A stretch of DNA of 64,000 nucleotides from Moniliella sp. 'wahieum' (GCA_003971905.1 RSEE01000008.1:744001-808000), one strand, 5' to 3'. Shown: positions 23,745 through 36,207, counted from the stretch's first letter. A program made the numbers and translations. Notes: generated from the letters alone by a model not told the origin.

Positions 23745-25115
23745 TTGAGGACACGCGGTGCGGAAGTCCGGCAACATTATGTACGCAGGTGCACAATCTG
23801 TGGCGGGCCACAGCAGCCCAAATGCCGCAGGAGCCACAGCAGGCCACTGCCCCATCTGCGCCCGGAAGGTCTCCCAATCTCGTCCAGGCGCGTTGAGGCT
23901 TTCGGTCTTACGCGGCACGCGTTACGAGTTACCCCTTTTAGGCCTTAGGCCCCTAACCCTCGGACGCCGTAAGCCGTAAGGCCTCAGCCTGAGGCCTGAG
24001 GGCGGTTGGCAATGGGTGCCGCTCGGGGATCTACCTACATTCTCACGCGCATAGCGTCGGTCTACTTACATGATGTGGCGGGTGGGAAAACGCCTGAATG
24101 ACAGGTATATTTAAAGGGGCCCCTTTTGAATCTGCGCAGCTTCTCTCCATCCCTCCATCACCAACTCATTGGGGCCATCACTCCGCTCTCGCACCCACCA
24201 CTACCCACCACCTACTCTCCTCACACCCCGTTTTTGCCTTTTGTTCCACATCGGCACTCGACAATGAAGAGCATCCTATTCGCCGCTGTTGCTACCACCG
24301 CTGCACTCGTCTGGGCCGCGCCTACGTCCTTCAATCCCCGTGACGAATATACCGCCACATGGGGCCCCGCCGGCTTGCTGCTGACCGACAACAACTCGGT
24401 GAACCACACAGTCTCCTTCAATGGCTTCCGTGACACGCTTGGGTATCAAGTGCTTTCCCAACAGGGTGCAAATGGTGCGCCGGCTCGTGCCGAGAAGTTC
24501 TACATGCACGCGTCGAACATTATGAGCTTTGCTGAAGGAGGAGGCTTCAGTGCAACTGGGTACTTTGAGAGTGCGGACCATCCCGGGAAGTGCATTCGGG
24601 CCCGCACGAATAACAATGGCACCACAACTCACTTTGATGCGGCACCCTGTGTCAAGAACAGCGGTGACGCCCACTACAGTGACCAATTTTTCTTCCTCAG
24701 CGGTAGCGGCAACCCTGACGCCCCATCCGCACCCTTCTATCGCAACCACATTTCTTTTACGGGAAACACGGAAGGCCCCAACAACGACGGTTCTGTTTAC
24801 AATTGGCAACTTAGCAACTCAGGTAGGTGCCCTATATTTCTCCCCCCGTTGCACATCGCCTATATAAATGACCCACACCACAACGGGTATACTGACTCTC
24901 TTATTCCCTTACCCTCTATTTCGGCAGGGCACGAAACTGTCGAGGCGGGCTATAGTGTCCCTCAGAGCAACAGGGTTATGTACTTCGACACTGGCATCGT
25001 TTGGTAGGCGCGTTTTCTTCGTTTTTTTACATTCTCTCTTCCGAAAGCCCAATCTCTGTTCCATCCTTCGTGTTATTTGGAACGGATTTGATGCCTGTCT
25101 TTGTCTGGTTGCCGT
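23745..25115 (+). repeat. Right arm of inverted duplication (partner 18179-19516)
   Basis: See left arm; the ORF track gives identical translations on opposite strands (19282..19503 and 23758..23979). Confidence 0.95.
24264..25007 (+). CDS. Secreted protein, copy A' (212 aa; exons 24264-24822 and 24928-25007)
   Basis: Identical to copy A up to ..EGPN, then NDGSVYNWQ versus SDGYYSWQ and PQSNR versus PQNNR; 105-nt intron GTAGGT..ACTGAC..CAG. Confidence 0.85.
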   Translation: MKSILFAAVATTAALVWAAPTSFNPRDEYTATWGPAGLLLTDNNSVNHTVSFNGFRDTLGYQVLSQQGANGAPARAEKFYMHASNIMSFAEGGGFSATGYFESADHPGKCIRARTNNNGTTTHFDAAPCVKNSGDAHYSDQFFFLSGSGNPDAPSAPFYRNHISFTGNTEGPNNDGSVYNWQLSNSGRCPIFLPPLHIAYINDPHHNGYTDSLIPLPSISAGHETVEAGYSVPQSNRVMYFDTGIVW

Positions 25116-26202
25116 CTTAAATGCGCAAACCATTTCAATTCAATCTACGTGCGACTGCCATTGATGCACCACACCTTTTGGGGCCGGGGCATCGCCCCCT
25201 TAAACTTCTTGTCTTCTATACTTTCGGCAAGTGGAATGATGAGATTTAGACTAGATGGGGGGATTAGAGCAGAGGAAGCAGAGGTGGGGAAGCGGATGGG
25301 GCAGCCTAAGGCTTTATGATCAGTCCCCTCCATTGGTTAGTCCAGTATCCTCAATGCCTTCATCCATTTTGGCATGTTTCAGCCGCAGACGGGAACCTGC
25401 GTGTACCATATATGGTGGAGCCGTTGTAAAGAGAATATCAGTGACTTTTGCTCCCATTCAGCAGGTATCTTCCATAACGCAGCCTGTAGTGTGCCTTTTT
25501 GGGGGGTGCGAGGCAGGCCCAGGAGCCTCCTGTTGTACCATAGGGCCGGGGGTTGGCTCACGCTCGAGAGAGATCAGGCTGATGAGGACGTATCGTGGGG
25601 AAGAAGCAAGAAGAGAGGACATGGTGCGAAGTGGAAGGAACAGGGAAGGAGCGAGACGCTCGAGACGAAGAAATTGGAAATGGGAGCGAGATCAGCCAAA
25701 TTATGACAGATAATGCACGAAATAATGCACAAGGAAGGGGATGTGGAGGTGCGATCATAACGTGGTGGCTCTGCGGCAGCGCCACAGTGCAACTCTCCGG
25801 AGAAGCGATTGTCTCCACGCCGCAGCAGCTACTATAGCAACCCATTGAACTCCCGACGTCTATAAACGGACACATAGGATGTGCATGCGGGGAGGCGAAA
25901 CTAGTTTTATATGCGAGCAATGAAGACAGTCTCACAGAAATTGCCCCGCACAAACTGCATAACTCTCGGATTCTCAGATTTCGAATCTGGGATCCCGCAA
26001 AGCCATAAATCAAACCCTAGTTAAAATGCTGCGGCGCGGCGGAAAATAAACATACACTGACCTTGTGCGATACTGGCCAAAAACAATAGGGCACACTGCT
26101 ACAGAGCCTTGACCTTTCGCTTGGCCGGCGACGGCGAAGCAGGCCGCTATCCCTCCTTGGTCCCGCACGCGATTTTGGACACCACCAGCCAAGACTAGTT
26201 AA

Positions 26203-26377
26203 GTGCGTATCCTACCTTGTTACACGCCCGGGGAAGGACGCGGCATGAACGGGGTGCCTGTGCATACTCCTTGTGTGCCGTGCTGGCCGTTTGGCTGTGC
26301 CGGTCTCGCCCCGTTCGCTTTGTGGAGGCGAGGAGGTGGCGCAGAACGAGGGAAACTGACCATTAAGGGATTTGCAG
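26203..26377 (+). other. 5'-UTR intron of RPL13 (175 nt)
   Basis: GTGCGT...ACTGAC...TGCAG, ending 1 nt before the ATG. Confidence 0.65.
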
Positions 26378-26378
26378 G

Positions 26379-26999
26379 ATGGGTTTCCGCCACAACAACA
26401 TCCTTCACAACAACCACTTCCGCAAGGACTGGCAGCGCCGGGTCAACGTGTGGTTTGACCAGCCCGGTGCCAAGAAGCGCAGGCGCAATGCCCGCGCTGA
26501 GAAGGTGGCGCGCTCGGGTCTCAAGCCCGTTGACTCGCTCCGCCCCGTTGTGCGGTGCCCTACGCTCAAGTACAACCGCAAGCTGCGTGCTGGCCGTGGG
26601 TTCACCCTTGAGGAGCTCAAGGCTGCTGGCATTCCCCAAAAGCTTGCTCGCGTGATTGGTATCGCGGTGGACCACCGCCGCAAGAACCGCTCGGAGGAGG
26701 GTCTCCGTCTCAACATCGAGCGCGTCAAGGCGTACCGTGAGCGTGTGGTTGTCATCCCGGCCAAGGGCAAGGGTGCCAAGCTCGCTGAGCTTGCCTCGGC
26801 GCCCAAGGTTGAGAATGTTGCTGCTGCTTTCCCCATCCCTGCTGGCACGGTCGCCGAGAAGCCTCGCGCAATTACCCAGGAGGAGAAGGACTTCGAAGCC
26901 TTCAAGACTCTTCGCCACGCCCGCAACACCCACCGCCAGGCTGGCTTCCGCGCTGCTCACCAGGCCAAGAAGGAGGCTGAGGAGAAGGCCAAGAAGTAA
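26379..26999 (+). CDS. RPL13: 60S ribosomal protein L13 (eL13), 206 aa
   Basis: NNHFRKDWQRRVNVWFDQPG...LRPVVRCPTLKYNRKLRAGRGFTLEELKAAGI...IAVDHRRKNRSEE. Confidence 0.97.
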   Translation: MGFRHNNILHNNHFRKDWQRRVNVWFDQPGAKKRRRNARAEKVARSGLKPVDSLRPVVRCPTLKYNRKLRAGRGFTLEELKAAGIPQKLARVIGIAVDHRRKNRSEEGLRLNIERVKAYRERVVVIPAKGKGAKLAELASAPKVENVAAAFPIPAGTVAEKPRAITQEEKDFEAFKTLRHARNTHRQAGFRAAHQAKKEAEEKAKK

Positions 27000-27347
27000 T
27001 TGGCGTTGCTGCTGCGTAAGTGGTAGACCACCATTGGGTCAAATGACTGTTCTCGGATCGTTTGCGGCCTGGTGGTTGGATGCCTTCTCTCTTCTTTCAT
27101 TTCCCTTCTCACCATGCACCCCCCCAAAAACCGATGCCTGTCTGCCATCTCCGTTTCGGATCAGGTTCGCCTTACTCCATGGCCCTGGGCTGCCATGCGA
27201 GATGGGTGAAGTTTTGCGTTTTAGTTGGAGGACTTGTCCCATTGCCCGGTCACGGGACACAGCTTTCTCTCACTGTTCCTGGCCCACCCGTATGCCCATC
27301 TCTTTACCTACCATTTTCCATCGCTTCGGACATAGTCTGGTAGCTAT

Positions 27348-28802
27348 TTATCTTTTTGCCAGCGGAAGGGTGGAAATGTATTTCGAGAAACCCGCAGGTT
27401 GGGGCCTGAACGTTTGGGTAATCTCCATCGGCTTCTTTCCCTTTGGCATTATGGTCGGTTTCTTGGCTCGCTTTGCCAATGCGTCTACCATCGCCGCATC
27501 GCTTGGCCATTCTCTTTCCACATACCACCGCCTTGATGAAGTTTCTCTCGCCTTCATAGCACACTTGCCCCTTGGTATCTCAGTAACATATTGGCAAGCG
27601 CCCTGGTCATTTTGCTCTACACTGCCAGATCAGTGGGATGATGACAGGCAGTGGCATGTGACAGGTGGCCTCCGATGACATGTGACAACAGGTGTCATGG
27701 CGATGCGAACAAACCTTGACGATAAGAAATCCAGAGGCGGTAGAACAGAAAACGACGAACAGGCCGAGAGCCGGAAAGGAACCTGATCCTTCGGGCGCCC
27801 TTCGTGTTACAACATGGACTCGTGTAAAATAGTTGAGGCGGTAATCAGCGCTCGACCAAGCCAACAGATTCATGTTCGGTCTTGGGTGGGCTCTTGGACA
27901 TATTAAGCAAAGAGAGATAGATGGTCCAAAACACCTGTTACCCGTCCCGTCAGTCTTTGTCGCTGCATTCCACAATTGTAGCAAGATTTGGACTTAGTAC
28001 TTACACCACAAGTCGATACAAACGGCACCCGTACTTGAGGGGCATGAAGCGGAAGTTTATCAGCTGGACCAGTGGCCATACTTTCCAATTTGACAGTAAT
28101 GTCTTCGAGTACATCTGTCCACCGCCCACCATCACCACACCCACATACTAGGTTAGCATCCGCTTCGTCACTGATGTCAACCTTAGAGAACGTACGGTAC
28201 GGTACTTCTCAGTAACTTCTGCCTGAGAGCGGCCCTCCAGGATAGAGATGATGCCAATGAAAGCAGCAATGCCAAAGGGTGAACTGCATCGGAAGAAGAG
28301 GTTTGCGGGATTCCACATGCGGAGTCAGAGGCGAGAAGGACGTACGGGGGAAAGGGGTGGCGTACAATAATCCTTGATCAACCGCCACACGACGCAGCAA
28401 GAGAGGAAACCGCACTTGCCCGGCTTTGACCACAGGAAAGCGCCGCTCCAAAAACTTATTCCACATGTCCAGTGGAGGCGCATGATCACGCCAAAACTGA
28501 GGAAACGGAGAGAGCGCATCAAATCATAGCTTGGAACTAACGCCAGAGAGGAAGGGTGGTGTAGTAATGAGGAGCCCACCCTTGGCCCGATGGCTCGGTG
28601 ACGGGACGAGGAGAGACGGTGTTGCCAGAGGCCTCTTTGTCGGCAGAGGGCTGATGCCCAGAATGCTTGGCATCGTACAACTCAAAGCCCTGGGCGCAAG
28701 CATCGGCGAGCATGCTAAGCGCGCCGTTGGCGACAGCGAGGGTGATCCAAGGACGGCGGTCAAAGGAACGGGCGTAGAAGGTGGAAAGACGGCGAACATG
28801 AT
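27348..28802 (-). CDS. Possible multi-exon hypothetical protein
   Basis: TATATA near 28855-60, several consecutive minus-strand ORFs, and an intron-like GTACGT..GCTAAC..TAG near 28150-28200; no recognisable domain. Confidence 0.25.
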
Positions 28803-31056
28803 GGTGGTGGAGTTAGGGGGGGGGGGGGGGGGGGTCAAATGCACAGCGCTGTTGTATATAGGTGTTGGTGCGATTGGGCTGAACACCTCAGCGTGCGCTG
28901 AGAGGATCCTCAGTGGTGGAGTATCAAGTGTGCGATTGTGAAAGGTGGGTAGGACGGGGTGATCGGTCTAGTATGGGCGAAGCAAGAGGAGGGATCGTGT
29001 GGCTTTCGTTTAATGAACACGTTCATAACAGAATGGACAGAGCACAGACCACTTGCCTCAGCGGCTCTATCTCGCAAACCATAATTTACTGTCGGCCGGT
29101 GAGTGTGGTGATCGGTGAGAATTGATCGAAGCAAAGAGAAGGGGCCGAATCGGGGTTGGAAGCTGGGACGTCACGCGCGTCACGACAGCACGGGACCACT
29201 ACCACGCCAACATTCAATGCACGCTCCACGAAGGCCATCAGGGCATGCCCGATAGGTATGGGTAGGGAGGGACAGGGATAATCGACAATGCTAGTTACTG
29301 AGACCACCGTGCTGAGACTTTTGGACACGCCCCATGCCGTGCGCTCAGCCTGACAGCCTCAGCCCGACGGCGCCTCAGCCTGAGAGGCGCATCGGACACC
29401 AAAGCCGAGTGATTGAGTCCACCTGGCTGGCGAATTCTCCTGGGTCGGAACCAACGACGGATGAAAGCCCCGCGCCGGCCCAGTTTCTGGCTAACCAACC
29501 CCCCGTGTCAGGTCCCACAAGTCCACAAGTCAACATCTCCAAGCCATATGACCTATTATCCTCAAGGTGAATCCAACAGTGAGGGGTCTCGAGTCGATAT
29601 GGATTGGACACGGGCCTAGAGGGGTCGTATATGGATCACAGGTCTAGGATGAATGGTTCGGCGGTTCGAGAGACGCGCCGCTGCCGGCAGAGTTTTTGAC
29701 AAATGCGTCATTGGGTGCAGTGATGGTGACCCACAGATGACCGCAACCTGACACTACGGCCTCTGAGGATCACACTGATCCTCGACGGTGATGCAATCGC
29801 ACTTTGGGCGGTGGTTGTGGTTAAGTCAACCAACAGCACCAGCCGAGAGACATCCCGAGCAAGTCGCCGCTGGGCCAGTGGCCGTGGAACTGTAAGACGG
29901 AAGTGAGAAAACGGCGGAGCTCCTAGGCTTGAGGATGGACAGAAGGGATTTTTGTCCAAACGCATGAGCCACCCTACGGCACACACATGCGTGGCCGAGA
30001 TGCACATATCGTTCTCACTTATTTGACGGTGGGGACATATTGGAATACGAGTGCTATTTCCGCGGCCGGCTGGGATACCAGAGCATACACCTATTATAAC
30101 TTCCGTCTTATCCTCCTGACCACCTGATACGCTTCTCATCCGCCAAGGTACGCCGAACTTCACACAGGACTATACCCCTTCTGGTCTGAGATAGGAGATG
30201 GCCAACGAGTGCTACATCAAAGCTATTGTCTGATGTCTGATCAGATAGCCGTCATTGATTCTTTAGTGCAGACAGCCAACTTGAGGCGAAAGCGGTCGGA
30301 AACGGTCGAGAGTGGGGGTTGCTCCCTCCTTCGTCGACAGTGGAGGAGAGAGAGCCAGGGTATATCACGACCATGGGCAAAAGCTATCAATCTTTAAGAA
30401 TGGAAGACGCCCAGTGTGACACCATTGACCCTGTGGCCCAAACCGTGACAGAAGGATGGTGAGTGGTGAGTGTGTTTTGTCTGCCGTCCAAAGGCCTGAC
30501 CTCAGGGGTGTTCCCGATTGAAGAATAGCATCCGATACCACTTTTTGCTCGTAGCGCGCAATCGATAGCCACAGTTAATCAAGGAGGCCCCGGTGTCGGA
30601 AAAGGGGCTGCTCGTGAAATTTGACCGCAGTTTCCCGCGGGCCTGCTTAGCGCTTAGCGCTTCTGAGCGCCCAATCGCTTGCGGCCGATGGGCTGGCGCG
30701 GGGGGGCACTGGGACGCTCCCGCGGTCAGCGGAACGCCGGGCTGAAATTTTGCGTAGGGTTGCAGACTTACACGCGGCTCGACACTGGTGCGGTGCCCCG
30801 CTTTTTTTTATGCCACGTTCCCGCGTCGCCGCCTAGTCCCCATCAGCGCGGAGGCTCAGCGCCCAGCCTCGCACGGGGCCAGCGTCAGGTGGTGCCCAGC
30901 CACAGCGACGCGCGGCTGGGCGATTGCTCTGCGCTGCGTTTCTCTTCTCTCCTCTCCCCACCACCGCCACCCCCCTCCGCCCTCACCGTCCCCTCGCCTC
31001 TTCTTCAGAGCACGCCCTCGAGACGTCTGCTCTGCCCTAGAGTGTAAAAACAAAAA

Positions 31057-31142
31057 GTATGTTCTCCCCCAGTGTCCTGTCTACTGCTCTCCCTTGCACT
31101 GTCGTGCTGGTTGTTGACCTTCTTTTCCTTCTCCCGCTGCAG
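31057..31142 (+). other. 5'-UTR intron of PAB1 (86 nt) flanked by A-rich tracts
   Basis: GTATGT...GTTGAC...pyrimidine tract...TGCAG. Confidence 0.65.
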
Positions 31143-31242
31143 CCCACAAAAAAGCAGAAAACTTGAAAACCCAAGCAACTCATTTTCCTCAGTTCTATTG
31201 AGCCTGCCGCATCGTTCAACTCTGCTTCTTCCTTTGCCCCCC

Positions 31243-33146
31243 ATGTCTGCCGCCGAACAAGCCACTGCTACTTCTCCCGCCCCGCTGAGGCCCCCGCTAC
31301 CGCGGCGCCGGCGGCTGCGCCTGCCTCTTCCTCTGCCCCTGAGAGCACTCCTGCTCCCAGCAGCGATGCCGTCACTGCCCCGTCGTCAGATGCGGCCGCT
31401 GCATCCAACCCCTCCTCGCTGTATGTGGGCGAGCTGGACCCTGTCGTGACGGAAGCCCTGCTTTTCCAGATCTTCAACATGATCGGCACCGTGCAGAGCA
31501 TCCGTGTCTGCCGTGATGCACAAACCCGCCGCTCCCTCGGCTACGCCTATGTCAACTTCAACGAGCCTGCTGACGCTGCAAAGGCGCTCGAGGAGCTTAA
31601 CTACTCTGCCATTCGTGGTCGGCCGTGCCGCATCATGTACTCGCAGCGCGACCCTGCCCTGCGCCGTACGGGTGCTGGTAACATCTTTATCAAGAACCTC
31701 GACGAGAGTATTGACAACAAGACTCTCCACGACACGTTCTCTGCCTTTGGCAAGATCCTCTCGTGCAAGGTGGCCACGGACGAGCGTGGCCAGGGCCTGG
31801 GATACGGCTTTGTCCACTACGAGACCAAAGAGGCAGCGGACCAGGCGATTGAGCATGTCAATGGAATGCTGATTAACGACAAGAAGGTGTACGTGGGTCC
31901 CCACGTACCGAAGAAGGAGCGTATGGCCAAGTACGAAGCAGCCAAGGCCAAATTCACCAACGTCTACGTCAAGAACTTGGACCCGGAGACGACTGACGAT
32001 GAGTTTGAGGCGCTCTTTGCCAATTTGGTGAAATTACCTCGTGGCACATGGCCAAGACTGCCGAGGGCAAGTCTGTCGGCTTTGGCTTTGTTAACTTTGC
32101 TTCGCACGACGCGGCTCAGACGGCGGTGAACGAGCTGAACGACAAGGAGTTCAAGGGCCAGAACCTGTTTGTTGCCCGTGCCCAGAAGAAGTCTGAACGT
32201 GAGGCCGAGTTGCGCCGCAACTACGAGTCGGCGCGCAACGAGCGTCAGTCGCAGCTGCAGGGCGTCAACCTTTACGTCAAGAACTTGCCTGAGGACTTTG
32301 ACGATGAGCGTATTAAGGCCGAGTTTGATGCCTTTGGCACGATCACTTCGACCAAGGTCATGCGCGAGCCTACGGGTGTTTCTCGCGGCTTTGGCTTTGT
32401 CTGCTACTCTACGCCTGACGAGGCCAACAAGGCTATTGTGGAAATGAACGGCAAGATGTTTGACAACAAGCCGCTTTATGTCACGCATGCTCAGCCCCGT
32501 GAAGTGCGTCGTCAGCAGCTCGAAGCTCAGATGCTGCAGCGCCAGCAGCTGCGCCTGCAACAGCAGGCTAGCCAAGGCATGGGATACGGTGCTCCCAACT
32601 TGTACTACGGCCAACCTTTCCTGGCCAAGCGGCGCCGATCCCCCGTGGTGCTCGCTACCCCGCTGGTGTCGTGCCTAGCCATGCCCATGCCCCCCTACGG
32701 ACAGGTGCTGCAATTCCAGCCCGGTGGTCTTCCCCCCATGGCCTTCCCGCCCGCCCGCCGCGTGGCCCTCGCGGTGCCCCGGCTGGCCCTTGGCTCGGCC
32801 CGGTGCCTCAGGACCCGTCTCGCTCGGGGCCTAGCCTTCTCGTGGTGTGCCTGTGCCCATGCCTGTGGCGCCGTGGGGTGGAAGGAGTGCTCAACCCGGC
32901 GCTTTGCTGCTGCCCCGATTGAGGAGCAGAAGCAGATGCTCGGCGAGGCGATTTACCCGCAGATTGCCGAGACGCAGCCTGAGCTGGCGGGAAAGTTGAC
33001 GGGAATGTTGCTCGAGATGCCAGTGGAAGAGCTTCTCCACTTGGTCGAGAACCGTGCTGCCTCGATGCCAAGGTGGAAGAGGGTCTGCTTGTTTGCAGGA
33101 GCACGTTTCCTCGGCGGCCCCGCCGGCCGTGGAGGCCAGCGCTTAA
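31243..33146 (+). CDS. PAB1: Polyadenylate-binding protein (4 RRM + MLLE/PABC), frameshifted
   Basis: [90 protein letters not shown]. Confidence 0.95.
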
Positions 33147-33761
33147 GTGCGTCGTGGCTTCACCTATGTACTTGCCCCTTGACTTTTTTTAGGCCTTAGG
33201 GCGGGTTTGGGCCTTGGTAACATCTTCCATCCAGTCCTCGGCCTGTGATGGTAGTGTTGTGATGGTCTGCTGTCTCTTTCTCTTATCTTTCCTGGCACGG
33301 TGAGCGTTTGAACGATCGCGGCTTGCTCTTTTGACTGTTGTATCGAGACGGGCGGGAGGCAGGGTGGAATGGGCCAGAGTAGATTCTAGCTATGCCGCGC
33401 GTACGGACAGGGATGCGCAGGCGACTTGGTGACTCCACGGGTGTTCGGTGGGGGGAGGGTGGGAGCGAAGGCAGGTGCAAGGAACGCGCGACGGACAGCG
33501 GCTGAGGCTCAACACTCAAAGCTCCTGCGCGGCGGCCATCGGCGGCGGCCAGACAGGCGCTGTGCTGCCCGGGTGCCTACGCGCCAACCAACGCAGGGGC
33601 TCCGCACGGGGGCAGTGCTGTGGCGCTTACGTAGAGTGGCCGCGAGATAGATCGCATGGCCGCGGGGTCACTCGTACGCCTTTGCCTGCATCCCCGCCCC
33701 CCCCCCACGCGACTACCTCTACCACCGCCACCACCGCTACCACCGCCACCACCCCCTTGCC

Positions 33762-35575
33762 ATGGGTAACCTCTGCAGCTGCGCCCGCTCGCGCCACGCG
33801 CAGTACGAGCCCCTGCTGCTCGACAACGAGCGCGATGCCGTCGCGGACCTGCTCCAGTATCGAGAACCGCTCGGAGACCGACTTTTTCCAGGGCGAGCCG
33901 CTCAAGGCGCTCTCCCCTTTCGTACAGCGACAATGTCGACCTTCAGCGAAGCGCCGCCCTTGCCTTTGCCGAGATCACCGAGAAGGAGGTCCGTGCTGTG
34001 GGCCCCGACACACTCAAGCCCATCATGTTCCTTCTCAAAAGCCACGACGTGGAGGTGCAGCGCGCGGCGAGCGCCGCGTTGGGCAACTTGGCTGTTAACA
34101 GTGCGTCCCCCTTCCGCCCTTCCGCCCTTCCGCCCTTTCCCCTTTCGCCTGTGTGCAGATGGTGCTGACACGGCACGATATGCTAGCGGAAAACAAGCTG
34201 CTCATTGTTCGCCTGGATGGGCTTGAGCCGCTTATCCGCCAGATGCTCAGCCACAATGTCGAGGTCCAGTGCAACGCTGTCGGCTGCATCACCAACCTGG
34301 CCACTCACGATGAAAACAAGACGAAGATTGCCCAGTCAGGAGCACTCGTGCCTCTGACCAAGCTGGCCCGTTCCAAAGACATGCGTGTGCAGCGCAACGC
34401 CACGGGTGCGCTCAACATGACCACAGCGACGAAAATCGGCAGCAGCTAGTGGCTGCCAACGCCATTCCAGCCCTCGTCAGCCTTCTGTCGAGCAATGACA
34501 CGGATGTGCAGTACTACTGCACCACTGCTCTGAGCAACATTGCTGTGGATGCGGAGAACCGTAAGAGGCTTGTATGGGATGAGCCCACGCTGGTTCAACG
34601 TCTCATCGCTTTAATGGACAGCAACAGCCTTCGTGTTCAGTGCCAGGCCGCCCTGGCGTTGCGCAATCTGGCTAGCGACGAGAGGTACCAAGTTGACATT
34701 GTGCGATATGGGGGGCTGACCCCGCTATTGCGTTTACTCCAAAGCTCCTTCCTCCCTCTCATCCTCTCGGGGCAGCATATGCGCGCAACGTCTCGATTGC
34801 CCCCACAACGAGACGGCCATCATCGAGGCTGGTTTCCTCCACCCCTTGATCGAACTCTTGAGCCACGACGATAACGAAGAGATCCAGTGCCACGCCATCT
34901 CCACCCTGCGCAACCTTGCTGCCAGCAACGAGCGCAACAAGGCCGAGATTGTCGCGGCTGGTGCGGTGCAGCGGATAAAGCAGCTCGTCTTCACGTGCCC
35001 CTGAGTGTCCAGGCCGAGATGACGGCCTGCGTTGCCGTCTTGGCCTTGAGCGAGGACCTTAAGCCTCAACTCTTGGGCATGGGCATCTGCGAGGTCCTCA
35101 TCCCCCTCACCGCTAGCGAAAGTATAGAGGTGCAGGGCAACTCGGCTGCCGCCCTGGGCAACTTGGCGAGCAAGAGCGAAGACTATGCGCCGTTCAATGC
35201 TGTCTGGGACCACCCCGCTGGCGGCTTGGAGGCGTACCTTGTCCGTTTCCTTGAAAGCGGCGACTCGACCTTCCAACATATTGCTGTCTGGACCATTCTC
35301 CAGCTGCTCGAAGGTAAGGACCCGGAACTGGAAGGCCACTTCCGTGCCTCGAAAAAGATTTTGCCGTTGGTCCGTCAGTTGGCGTTTGCCCCGTCCGATC
35401 CTACTCCCAGCGCTGCAGGTGACAGGGATACGAGTCGGTGCAAGACGAGTCCGTCTCCCCCGAGGGTTCCTCAATTGTGCCCTCCAACTCGGGATCGGAC
35501 GAACAGGGAGCTGAGGCTGAAATTGCCAACTTGGCTCAGCGTCTCGTCTCCATGTTGGAGGAAGACCAACAGTGA
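33762..35575 (+). CDS. VAC8: Vacuolar armadillo-repeat protein Vac8, intron 34101-34186, frameshifted
   Basis: MGNLCSC (myristoyl/palmitoyl motif); [85 protein letters not shown]. Confidence 0.95.
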
Positions 35576-36207
35576 GTCTCACCCTCCTATCGTGACAAGC
35601 GACGTGGCGGTGTTACCTGTTCACCTCCGGAAAGCGGCTGGAGGGCACCCCGCCGCTTTGATATACGTCCTTCTCCTGTAGTTGTTCTTATCCTTTCTCT
35701 TTCCCCGCACTGCTGCTAAGCGGCTGAGCCGTTATGGTTCGATCCCTGCTTTGCCCCTACTTTTTTGTTCCAGGGGTTCCTTTCTTGTTTGACCTTGTAC
35801 GCCCACCCTTTTTTCTCTATGCCATGCCACGCCACGCCCAATAAGCCGCTGTGCTGAAAGTCCCCCCTTGAGCTTACTCCTAGCCTTTACTGGTACTTCC
35901 CAAACGGTTGCTGTGCATTGTGACGGTTACTTCTAGTTGCCGCAAAGGAGATGCAGCATTCAAATATAAAGATTGAAGGGTAACAGATGGAGACCGGGGA
36001 AGAAAGTGGAAGCCAGGGAGGGCGACAGGGCACCAGCCAGATGGAAGCTTGGAGCTCATTCGCACATGGTGAACAAGGGAAAGTCTCACCATCACGCGAA
36101 TGCAATGCACCGTATGGACGAAGTAAAAAAATTGACCCAACACAAGGTAGTAGAACAGTGGAGCTGGTAAGGTCCAGGTAGTGGGGGGGGGGGGAACAAG
36201 AGGACCG

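Noticed and set aside
26203..26377. Long RPL13 leader intron as a snoRNA host
   Set aside because: No convincing C/D or H/ACA boxes with terminal stem found by eye
32015..32030. Programmed ribosomal frameshift in PAB1 (and HSP78, VAC8)
   Set aside because: No shared slippery heptamer or stimulatory structure; the deletion pattern fits sequencing error
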